Source: Nitrospinota bacterium (GTDB taxonomy: Bacteria > Nitrospinota > Nitrospinia > Nitrospinales > VA-1). Taken from it: 64,000 nt of DNA. The DNA is taken from assembly GCA_014382285.1 (NCBI GenBank), contig JACNKA010000116.1:1395-65394 (forward strand). The letters run 5' to 3'. The notes beneath the pieces are model-generated. The model was not told where the DNA came from. It did not search any database and worked only from the letters and a program-made list of their open reading frames with translations. Both the position numbers and the translations under genes were made by a program. Position 1 is the stretch's first letter, and the number at the start of each line of letters is the position of its first letter. Shown in pieces: positions 14,737 through 22,496 of the stretch.

Positions 14737-16809
14737 TTATTCGGCCATTTGCGGTGAGGCTTGCGTAGGCGCGATCTCTTTCTTTTTGGTTTTAGGATAC
14801 TTGATTCCGATCCAGATAATGGCTGTCATCAGGATGAAAAAAGTCCAGACTAATGTTGTGACGTGAAAGCCTGACTCAGCCAGGCTCGGCGCAAATTTTT
14901 CAGGCGTCACATCCTTAAAGACTTTATAGACATGCCAGTTCATCCGCGATAGTTCTCGAATGGTGCCCATCCAACTCATCAGCCAGATATCGGCGAAACC
15001 GAGGAAAATGAGCACATACGGCCCGAGTGGATTAATTTTACCGTAATGTACTTTTCCGGTTTTGGTGGCTATCGTATAGAAAATATAATTGATGAAAGTA
15101 ACGGTCACCAGACAGAACGCCGCTGTATTCTTTGAAATCATCAGCGCCAGAAAGGCCAGATTATCGGGTAAAACCATATCCGGATTCATATGCGGTTCGG
15201 GTAGCATGGTGGCAAAAAAGCGTCTGGGAGTGAACCAGATTGTTGCCGAAATCACAATCAATATGAACCCAAACCTCATGGCCGGGAAAAACCGCTCGGC
15301 GTTTTCAATACGCTTCATACTGACCCACATATAAATATTACTGGCGCTGAACATGGTTCCGACCAGAAGTCCTTGCACCAGCATGAACATGGATTCTCGA
15401 TCGGACATGATGTACATGCCGATGGTGGCATCATATTGATAAATTTCGCGGACAAAAATATAACCCATTGCCGGCAGGGGAATCATAATGGCAACGCCGA
15501 TCAGGTTGCCGATGTATCCGACCCAATCATAGTATTCCCGCTCTTCTGTCTTGTCTGACCACAGGTACATATAGGCACCAATGATACAAACCATATATCC
15601 ACCAAAAGTGCCGTTACCGACCAGTCTGTGATAGTTCAGAGGCATCCATGCCATATTGGCAATTCTGTCCCACTCGCTTATATTGAGGAGTTGGTCAAGA
15701 GGCTTGGGCGGTGTCTGCATGAAGGTTGCCGGACCATCCAGGGCTACTAGAAGAGAAAGACCCAGAACATTGAGAATTACACCCGTAACTATATGTCGCC
15801 CTTTTTTGTTGGACTTGTTCAGGGGATCCCAGGAGTAAACGTATATGTACATGACCACCGTTTCCAGAATAAACAGGGTGGGGTAGGCCACCATAAAGAG
15901 TGTCGGAAACGAGGATATGAGATAACTAATGAAATCCTGATAGGCAACCAGCATAACGAAGAGAAAGAGCCCTCCCGTCAGTGCCGTGAAACTATAACAA
16001 ATACCAATTACCTTGGTGATTTCATGAGCCAGACGTTCAAATTTGTAATCGGATTCGGCAAACATGATGCCATTGGAGATCAAGCCGCCGATCGCTCCGT
16101 TAACCACAGCGAGAATAATGCCGGAGACCTCATAATGCTCGACCGGTGTCAGTGCCATGGAAATCAGGGCTCCAAACAACGCTCCAACAAAGGCAGATGC
16201 GCGGATATTCATCAAACGGTGGAAATAATTCAGGAAACTGACTATTAGAGCCCCGAAGGCACAGGCCCACAGGCCATATAACACGCCATGGTGGATTCCA
16301 ATTATGACCTCACCCGTGATTCCGACAACAACACCTATAAGAACTCCTAAAAACACGTTTGAGAGGATAATTGCTTTACGCACCCCCTGTGTCCGGCGGG
16401 CACCCATGACTTCCATGATGACCACGAACATGGGACATCCCAGAATGAAAGAGGCGAATAGTATATGAAGCTGAGCCGCAGCCCAAGTGAACTTGCGGTT
16501 GCTCATGCCCAGAAACGAGAATTCTTCAAACTCGTGATCTGCAGCAGGTCCAATATCGGTTAAATAGGAGAGGTCTTCTTCTTCGGCTTCTCCTTCTCCT
16601 TCTCCTTCTTCATCGCCTTCTTCTTCCTCATCATCCTCTTCATCTTCCTGGGCGTATGCCAGGGACTGAAAACTCAGATTTGCAAAGAGGGAATTAGTAG
16701 AAGCAGGAAGGAAAGGGGTTAAGTGCCCTAACATATAAACAAAGATAATGCAGATGAGGGATTTGAAAAAAGTACTCTTAAAAGAACTTTGAGATTGATT
16801 CATCATCAC
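14737..16809 (-). CDS. Cytochrome bd-like (CydA-related) polytopic membrane protein, no CydB partner
   Basis: 690 aa. After a signal/anchor and an acidic run, 'FTWAAAQLHILFASFILGCPMFVVIMEV' resembles CydA helix 1 (E. coli ..TAMYHFLFVPLTLG..), including the His. 'DYKFERL...FTALTGG' and 'FILETVVMYIYVYSW' resemble the CydA helix 2-3 region. I count about 15 hydrophobic segments by eye. Confidence 0.65.
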   Translation of the reverse strand: MMMNQSQSSFKSTFFKSLICIIFVYMLGHLTPFLPASTNSLFANLSFQSLAYAQEDEEDDEEEEGDEEGEGEGEAEEEDLSYLTDIGPAADHEFEEFSFLGMSNRKFTWAAAQLHILFASFILGCPMFVVIMEVMGARRTQGVRKAIILSNVFLGVLIGVVVGITGEVIIGIHHGVLYGLWACAFGALIVSFLNYFHRLMNIRASAFVGALFGALISMALTPVEHYEVSGIILAVVNGAIGGLISNGIMFAESDYKFERLAHEITKVIGICYSFTALTGGLFLFVMLVAYQDFISYLISSFPTLFMVAYPTLFILETVVMYIYVYSWDPLNKSNKKGRHIVTGVILNVLGLSLLVALDGPATFMQTPPKPLDQLLNISEWDRIANMAWMPLNYHRLVGNGTFGGYMVCIIGAYMYLWSDKTEEREYYDWVGYIGNLIGVAIMIPLPAMGYIFVREIYQYDATIGMYIMSDRESMFMLVQGLLVGTMFSASNIYMWVSMKRIENAERFFPAMRFGFILIVISATIWFTPRRFFATMLPEPHMNPDMVLPDNLAFLALMISKNTAAFCLVTVTFINYIFYTIATKTGKVHYGKINPLGPYVLIFLGFADIWLMSWMGTIRELSRMNWHVYKVFKDVTPEKFAPSLAESGFHVTTLVWTFFILMTAIIWIGIKYPKTKKKEIAPTQASPQMAE

Positions 16810-17045
16810 TTAAATGAAAGGCCTGAAGTAGGCGGTAAGTACCCGTTTCCCAACGATGGAAAACCTCTGCTCCCTAAACTTTTAACCTGTTTTTTAGGTT
16901 GAAAGGACTTAAAGAATGTAGAGAAATATCATACAGGTTGGGTAAAGTCAAGAACTTTCAAAACTGTTGCTAACTAAAGGCTTGTCTAACTTTTTCAGTA
17001 GGAAAAATAAGGCGGTTTGGGAAGGTGTGATTGAAAAAGATGTGG

Positions 17046-17246
17046 CTAGTCTGTTGTGGAGTCCTCTGCGTATAAGTCCGTGGGCATGATGAGAAGGGCA
17101 AAACCCATGGCTGTGCTGAACACCGAGAGTAAACCCACAAAAATTTGCGGCCACTCAGACTGAATGTATTTAACAGACCAGACGAAAAGGAATCCGCCCA
17201 GAACCATGAGTATCAAGCCAGCTATTCTAATTTTCCAGTTGCTCAT
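17046..17246 (-). CDS. Small 2-TM membrane protein
   Basis: 66 aa with two hydrophobic helices. It overlaps the 3' end of the upstream LAB_N-domain gene by 20 nt and is probably the last gene of that operon. Confidence 0.5.
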   Translation of the reverse strand: MSNWKIRIAGLILMVLGGFLFVWSVKYIQSEWPQIFVGLLSVFSTAMGFALLIMPTDLYAEDSTTD

Positions 17247-17523
17247 TTTCAGCTCCCACCATGGATTTTCGTTTGCGGTCGATGAGTATCAGGTTGCGGA
17301 CATAGACAATGCTGCCCAGGCTTTGCCCAACAATGAATACGGGATCTTCTTTATAGATGGCATAACTCAAAAGCACTACGGCTCCACCAATGCTGCAATA
17401 CCAGAAGGCGAGGGGAATCGTGCTTTCGCCCTTTTTTTCGGAAACAATCCACTGAATAATAAAACGAGCACCGAAAAGGGCTTGTCCCACAAATCCAATG
17501 ATCAACCATTGGCTTGTTGTCAT
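17227..17523 (-). CDS. Lipid-A-disaccharide synthase N-terminal domain (LAB_N) membrane protein
   Basis: 98 aa. 'WLIIGFVGQALFGARFIIQWIVSEKKGESTIPLAFWYCSIGGAVVLLSYAIYKEDPVFIVGQ' matches the LAB_N domain pattern. It abuts the GT2 gene stop. Confidence 0.75.
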   Translation of the reverse strand: MTTSQWLIIGFVGQALFGARFIIQWIVSEKKGESTIPLAFWYCSIGGAVVLLSYAIYKEDPVFIVGQSLGSIVYVRNLILIDRKRKSMVGAENEQLEN

Positions 17524-18255
17524 TCAATCCTCCTTAATAATATCATAATTGATTTTTCGTTTTTTCATCCAGCGGATGGCCAGTAAATCATGAAAAGAAG
17601 AAAACAGGCGGTTTCGAATATTATATTTTGATACCCCATGAAGCCGCGGATGGTGACTGACCTTGACCTGAGTTACCCGGAACCCTTCCATTTTCATTAA
17701 AGTGGGGAAAAACCGGTGCATTCCTTTAAAAAGCTTAACATTATCGAAGCACTCCCGGCGAAAGGCCTTGAGAGAGCAACCGGTATCGGCAATTTCCTCT
17801 TCACTTAATCTATTCCGCACTGCATTGCCTATTTTTGAGGAAACCCTTTTGATCCACGGGTCATTTCTTTTATGACGCCAGCCGCACACCACATCATAAT
17901 CCTGCATCTCTTCAAGGAGTAGGGGGATGTCGGCGGGGTTGTTCTGCAAATCAGCGTCAAGCGTGATAAAAATATTTCCTCTTGCGGTTTTGAATCCGGC
18001 TGCAAATGCTGCCGACTGTCCATGGTTGTGGCCGAACTGGATGAGCCTGATGCGTGGATTGTGTTTCTGCATGGACTCAATCAAATGAGCGCTGCCATCG
18101 CTACTGCCATCATCAATCAAAATAATTTCATAACTCAGATTCAGTTTTGCAAGTTCTATTTCCAGTTTGTCTTCCAGTGGGATAAGGTTGTCTCTCTCAT
18201 TATAAACAGGGATGACAATGGACAATTCAGGATTTTGCAGATCGGGATTATTCAT
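17524..18255 (-). CDS. Family-2 glycosyltransferase (polyprenyl-phosphate glycosyltransferase, ArnC/GtrB-like)
   Basis: 243 aa. 'LSIVIPVYNERDNL', 'IILIDDGSSDGS' and 'ITLDADLQNNP' (the DxD region) are present. Confidence 0.85.
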   Translation of the reverse strand: MNNPDLQNPELSIVIPVYNERDNLIPLEDKLEIELAKLNLSYEIILIDDGSSDGSAHLIESMQKHNPRIRLIQFGHNHGQSAAFAAGFKTARGNIFITLDADLQNNPADIPLLLEEMQDYDVVCGWRHKRNDPWIKRVSSKIGNAVRNRLSEEEIADTGCSLKAFRRECFDNVKLFKGMHRFFPTLMKMEGFRVTQVKVSHHPRLHGVSKYNIRNRLFSSFHDLLAIRWMKKRKINYDIIKED

Positions 18256-18276
18256 GGAAGTATTATAAGACGATGG

Positions 18277-19359
18277 TTAGCCAGCGGTGCCTATTGAATC
18301 CAGCGTCACGCTGGCTGCTTGTGTAGCGAGTTGCCCGCAGGCGCCGAGTATGTCCGTAGCTCGATTTTTCCTGATAAATGCAGAAAAATTTTGTTCGATC
18401 AAATAATTTTGAAACGCCAGGACTCTCTGGTCAGAGGGAGGCCTGTATTCAGAGGAATCAAAAGAATTAAAAGGAATCAGGTTGATCTTGCAGGGAACCC
18501 CCTTCAACCATTTTGCCAGCCTCTTTGAATCTTCATCAGAATCATTGATGCCTTCCAGCAGGACATATTCGATGGTGTGTCGCCTTTGCGGTTTCAAAGG
18601 ATATTTTTTAAGGCAATCGATCAGCACTTCAATAGGGTATTTTTTATTGATAGGCATTAACCGGTCGCGGGTGGTGTTATCAGAGGCATTGAGAGAAATA
18701 GCCAGGTTTATGTGCAGGTTTTCCTCTTGAAAGGCTTTCATTTTTCCAACCAGCCCGGAGGTGGAAACAGTTACCTTTCGGGTTGAAACCTTCATGGCTT
18801 CCGGGGAGACCATGAGGCGCAACGCATCGACAACCGACCCATAATTATCCAGAGGTTCACCCATACCCATAAAAACAACATTGGTGATCTGGTCTTTCTC
18901 TTCGAGTTCCTCGTTGATAGCGATGTGCTGGCCGATGATTTCACCCGCTGTTAAATTTCGTTTGAGCCCAAGACTGGCTGTCAAACAGAATGAGCAATTC
19001 AAACGGCAACCTACTTGTGTGGAAAGGCATAAAGTCTTTCTGGAATCAGAAGGCATCCAAACACATTCCACAATCGCTCCATCGTCCAATTCCATTAAAT
19101 ATTTTATCGATCCATCTTTTGAATGGGTACGCTGTTGAATTTTTGGGAGTGCGAAATGAAAATGCTCGGCTAACTGAGACCGCAGGGTTTTAGAGATATT
19201 ACTCATCGCGCTGAAATCACGATAATTGTAATGATAAACCCATGTGAAGACCTGATGCACCCGATAGGGTTCAACGTTCCACTCAGTAAACAGTTCTTTG
19301 AGCGCGGCTTCCGAGGTGCCAAAGAAATTCTGTGTTTTTAATGTGTCAGAGGAGTTCAT
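18277..19359 (-). CDS. rlmN: 23S rRNA/tRNA (adenine-C2)-methyltransferase RlmN (radical SAM)
   Basis: 360 aa. It has the radical-SAM cluster 'GCRLNCSFCLT', 'FMGMGEPLDN', and the C-terminal 'DILGACGQL' with the catalytic Cys. Confidence 0.9.
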   Translation of the reverse strand: MNSSDTLKTQNFFGTSEAALKELFTEWNVEPYRVHQVFTWVYHYNYRDFSAMSNISKTLRSQLAEHFHFALPKIQQRTHSKDGSIKYLMELDDGAIVECVWMPSDSRKTLCLSTQVGCRLNCSFCLTASLGLKRNLTAGEIIGQHIAINEELEEKDQITNVVFMGMGEPLDNYGSVVDALRLMVSPEAMKVSTRKVTVSTSGLVGKMKAFQEENLHINLAISLNASDNTTRDRLMPINKKYPIEVLIDCLKKYPLKPQRRHTIEYVLLEGINDSDEDSKRLAKWLKGVPCKINLIPFNSFDSSEYRPPSDQRVLAFQNYLIEQNFSAFIRKNRATDILGACGQLATQAASVTLDSIGTAG

Positions 19360-19620
19360 CTCAAAACCAGCTGGAAAAGCTTCAAATACAATTTAAACGG
19401 ATGAGGGAAATTCTGCCGAACCCAAGCTCGCGCCTCAGCCAAATAATTTCCATTATTGATAAATATAACTCATTGAAAAATAATAAACTATAAATTTCAG
19501 GAGGCATCGGTAGATTTTTCCCGGTTGCAACTCCCTGAAAAAGGCGATATTTTTATATCTTCTTGATATTTAAGGCGTCAACAAAACTTCAAGGTTTGGC
19601 GCAAAACCACAGGGGCTCTT

Positions 19621-20391
19621 ATGCAAATTGCCGAGTGTTTTGAAATTCTGAATGTCTCCCCCGGAGAAGAATGGCCGAGGGTGCGCAAATCCTATCATTC
19701 TCTTGCCCGACAACTCCACCCGGATATCAACCAGTCCAACACCCCGTCTGGTGACACCGGTGATACCCGACTGAAAGAAATCAACCGGGCTTTTGCTAAA
19801 CTGGAAACTCATTACAAGACTCATGCTTTGCCAGTCCATCAGGAACCTTATGGTAAAGAACAACCTAAATGGCGAGCCTTGTTTAAAACTCTGGCTGGAA
19901 ATCCAGCCTTACAAGCGGCACTACGGTCCGGCCTGAATTTTCTGGAGGATTTGGATAATAAAATTTTCCAATTGGATATTCAAAAAGACATCAAATTGTC
20001 AGGGGCAATTCTGCAAAAAGGTGGCAGCCTGTATTTAAAGTCAGGGAAAGAACGTTTTGAAGTGAAAATTCCTTCCGGAGACTGGAATCAGATGTCTCTA
20101 AGAGTTCATGGAAAAGGCGAGAGCAGTCTGTTTTCCCATAGGCGTGGAGACCTGTTGTTGAACCTCTGTGTACCGATTGCAGAAATAGCAATACCGGGAA
20201 ACTCCCGCTTTTCTTATCAGATGAAAATACCGGCAGACAAGATTGCTGATCGCAAGGCCTTGACTTTGAATTCTTCCGAAGGTCCGATCAAGTTCATACT
20301 TCCCCGCAATACCCGCGATGGTCAGAGTTTCACACTCCGGTCCAATGCTGGAACAGAAACTCTTCATGTTCTTGCTTTGCGGCTGGGGTGA
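19621..20391 (+). CDS. J-domain protein with DnaJ C-terminal-like beta domain (CbpA-like, no zinc finger)
   Basis: 256 aa. The J domain shows 'YHSLARQLHPDIN' (HPD motif). The C-terminal half ('LSGAILQKGGSLYLKSGKERFEVKIPSG...LRVHGKGE') resembles a DnaJ CTD. Confidence 0.7.
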   Translation: MQIAECFEILNVSPGEEWPRVRKSYHSLARQLHPDINQSNTPSGDTGDTRLKEINRAFAKLETHYKTHALPVHQEPYGKEQPKWRALFKTLAGNPALQAALRSGLNFLEDLDNKIFQLDIQKDIKLSGAILQKGGSLYLKSGKERFEVKIPSGDWNQMSLRVHGKGESSLFSHRRGDLLLNLCVPIAEIAIPGNSRFSYQMKIPADKIADRKALTLNSSEGPIKFILPRNTRDGQSFTLRSNAGTETLHVLALRLG

Positions 20392-20397
20392 AGGGGC

Positions 20398-21171
20398 TCA
20401 GCCGAATGTTTTAAGCATATACAGCATGACCCCGGCACTCGATAGAGAAATCAGTAGCGTGCATGCCAAAAGGCTGATCAGGGGAGCAGATGGAGGATTT
20501 TTGTTTTTTATCAGCCATGAGCTTCCTAATCCAAACGCCAATAAGGCTATTGCCAGTCCAACCCAGGTGAGCATGGCTATGTTATGGGTGAACACCACAT
20601 TGCCTTCCACATTTCCCAAGAGGGCAACTGCCCAACCCATAGCAGGCAAACACAATATATAAGCCCAAATAGCGGTATTGTTTTCCGGGGATCGATGGCG
20701 TGAAAAAAAGCGCAATCCCAGAAATGACATTCCCCCCATTAATAACCAGCCGGTTAGCTCGTTCAGATCTTTTTTATGCTTTTCATCGCGGATATGTTTC
20801 AACGCTCCCAGCACATATCGTGAAACTTCGTCTTCCTCCATTTCATAAAATCCACCTTGATCGCTGTCATGAGCGAATACCCGTGCGGTGGTCGATTCTG
20901 CAGGAAGGGAAACGGCTCGGTATCCATCCTTCCCCGCCGACTCAATTTCAAGGTAGACGATGCCGGAATGATATTTTAAATTGTATTTTTCAATTTCAGC
21001 ATGGCCGGTAGCATATCTCTGGTTTTCCTGATAAAACTTGTCCTGTATTTCCATCAGGTCCAGCAGGGCTTGCCGGGCCTGGACATCTGCATCGACTTCG
21101 AAAATCTGGCCGCACGAAGTGAGGAATAAGAGAAAAAAAGAATACGTGAATGACTGAAAGAACGGTTTCAT
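20398..21171 (-). CDS. Lipoprotein-signal protein with pilin-like periplasmic domain and C-terminal 4-TM domain
   Basis: 257 aa with a lipobox 'LFLTSCG'. 'QARQALLDLMEIQDKFYQENQRYATG' resembles the type IV pilin globular-domain start. The C-terminal third is hydrophobic, with about 4 helices. Confidence 0.5.
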   Translation of the reverse strand: MKPFFQSFTYSFFLLFLTSCGQIFEVDADVQARQALLDLMEIQDKFYQENQRYATGHAEIEKYNLKYHSGIVYLEIESAGKDGYRAVSLPAESTTARVFAHDSDQGGFYEMEEDEVSRYVLGALKHIRDEKHKKDLNELTGWLLMGGMSFLGLRFFSRHRSPENNTAIWAYILCLPAMGWAVALLGNVEGNVVFTHNIAMLTWVGLAIALLAFGLGSSWLIKNKNPPSAPLISLLACTLLISLSSAGVMLYMLKTFG

Positions 21172-21318
21172 TAATTTTAATTGGGTAAATAATGGATGTG
21201 AGGCTGTCAGTATACTATGTAGGAAAGGTCAATATATAACAAATGTACAATAACTCGTCAATACCGAGCATGCGTGATGCCCTTTTCATGTGGGGCGGAT
21301 GAGCAATAACTTTATATT

Positions 21319-21861
21319 ATGTTGAATCAATTTAAATTTGTAACGGGAAACCCCAACAAGGTTCGAGAAGCGAGCGAAATTCTTGATCTCATCCTTGAAC
21401 CGGTTCAGGTTGGAGGTCTCTTTGAAGTTCAATCGCCGGATCTGGATGTAGTGGTTCGACATAAAGCTCTTCAAGCATACGCATCTTTGCAATGCCCGGT
21501 GATGGTGGAGGACTCTGGCTTACTGTTCCGTGCCTGGAACGGCTTGCCCGGTGCATTGGTGAAATGGTTTGAAGAGACCGTGGGTTGTTCTGGAATGTTG
21601 AAAATGGTCGAGGGATTCAGTGACCGTGGTGCCACGGCAATATGTTGTTTCGCTGTCTATGATGGACAGACTATGAAGATCGCCCGCGGAGAAGTGAACG
21701 GAACTTTGTCGGACAGCATACGCGGAAAAAATGGTTTTGGCTGGGATGTGATTTTTATCCCTGAGGGTCATGAGCAAACTTATGGAGAAATGTCCGCCAG
21801 TGAAAAAAATGGCATTTCACATAGAAAAAGAGCATTGGATGAGCTGAAGCAGATTTTATAG
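21319..21861 (+). CDS. rdgB: Non-canonical purine NTP pyrophosphatase (RdgB/HAM1 family)
   Basis: 180 aa. 'FVTGNPNKVREA', 'VEDSGL', 'GFGWDVIFIP' and 'SHRKRA' are present. Confidence 0.85.
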   Translation: MLNQFKFVTGNPNKVREASEILDLILEPVQVGGLFEVQSPDLDVVVRHKALQAYASLQCPVMVEDSGLLFRAWNGLPGALVKWFEETVGCSGMLKMVEGFSDRGATAICCFAVYDGQTMKIARGEVNGTLSDSIRGKNGFGWDVIFIPEGHEQTYGEMSASEKNGISHRKRALDELKQIL

Positions 21862-22290
21862 TAAGCTTTGCAGATGGGAATAGAGGTTTTTAAAAGCCTT
21901 CTGGTAGCGGGGTAGTTTCTGGTAGACGGCTTCTGCCTCCTGTTCATCAGGCTTTTGATTGATGCATTTATAGTCTGCAATCATTTCCTGCCATTGCGGT
22001 GGGTCTTCCATCCAGCCGTTTTTCTTGGCCAGTTCAATGCACTGCTCGGCATTGATTTTTTTGGTTTCATCTTCGGTTTCGCCAAATCCGCTAATGCTCT
22101 TGATTGCCATGGTATAAGTATGACCAAAGCGTTGCAGAGCGGCACTCTTGAAATAATCAGTGCTTTCCTGTTTCAAGGCTTCATCCAATCTCTGCAGGTT
22201 CCAGTCGAGATGGGTCAATAATACCTTTTTCTGTGGTGGTGGAGCTTCAGACACGTTAATTTTGAACCGGGAAAGATTACTAAAAAACAT
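21856..22290 (-). CDS. HI0074-type HEPN domain protein (nucleotidyltransferase substrate-binding family), catalytic motif degenerate
   Basis: 'AALQRFGHTYTMAIKSI' and 'WQEMIADYKCINQKPDEQEAEAVYQKLPRY' align with the family pattern (..QRFEYT.E.AWK.. / W..M..DRN.TSHTYDE..A..IY..IP.Y). The track start at 22365 runs through a hairpin repeat. I prefer the ATG at 22290 (144 aa), which is preceded by AAAGGAGGG. Confidence 0.6.
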   Translation of the reverse strand: MFFSNLSRFKINVSEAPPPQKKVLLTHLDWNLQRLDEALKQESTDYFKSAALQRFGHTYTMAIKSISGFGETEDETKKINAEQCIELAKKNGWMEDPPQWQEMIADYKCINQKPDEQEAEAVYQKLPRYQKAFKNLYSHLQSLL

Positions 22291-22412
22291 CCCTCCTTTC
22301 ATAGGGAGGGACTGAGGGAGGGTTTGATTTTCTTTCTGGGCATGGCAGAAATTGTTTTCAACCAAAACCCAGCCAACCCTCCCCTTACCCCTCCCTATGA
22401 AGGGAGGGGATT
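22290..22412. repeat. Cluster of GC-rich palindromic (REP-like) hairpins, CCCTCC/GGGAGGG type
   Basis: The first hairpin is CCCTCC(22291-96)/GGAGGG(22305-10). An extra GAGGGAGGG arm lies at 22313-22321. The second hairpin is CCCCTCCC(22388-95)/GGGAGGGG(22402-09), 8 bp with a 6-nt loop. It shares the C4TC/GAG4 core with 807-876. Confidence 0.65.
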
Positions 22413-22496
22413 CGAAAATTCAGGCTGATATTTTTTCCGCGCTAGTAAGTATGGTATTTTATCTTAATTATTTAACCTGAGTCGAGTTTTATATCT

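Noticed and set aside
14162-14768. Two overlapping plus-strand ORFs (157 and 137 aa)
   Set aside because: They are antisense to the diheme cytochrome c gene, which has CxxCH motifs and TM helices. They have no features of their own.
16560-16650. CTT/CTC-rich low-complexity tract that looks like a tandem repeat
   Set aside because: It is the coding sequence of the poly-acidic linker of the bd-like protein. It is not a CRISPR, VNTR or non-coding repeat, and it is reported as a protein feature instead.
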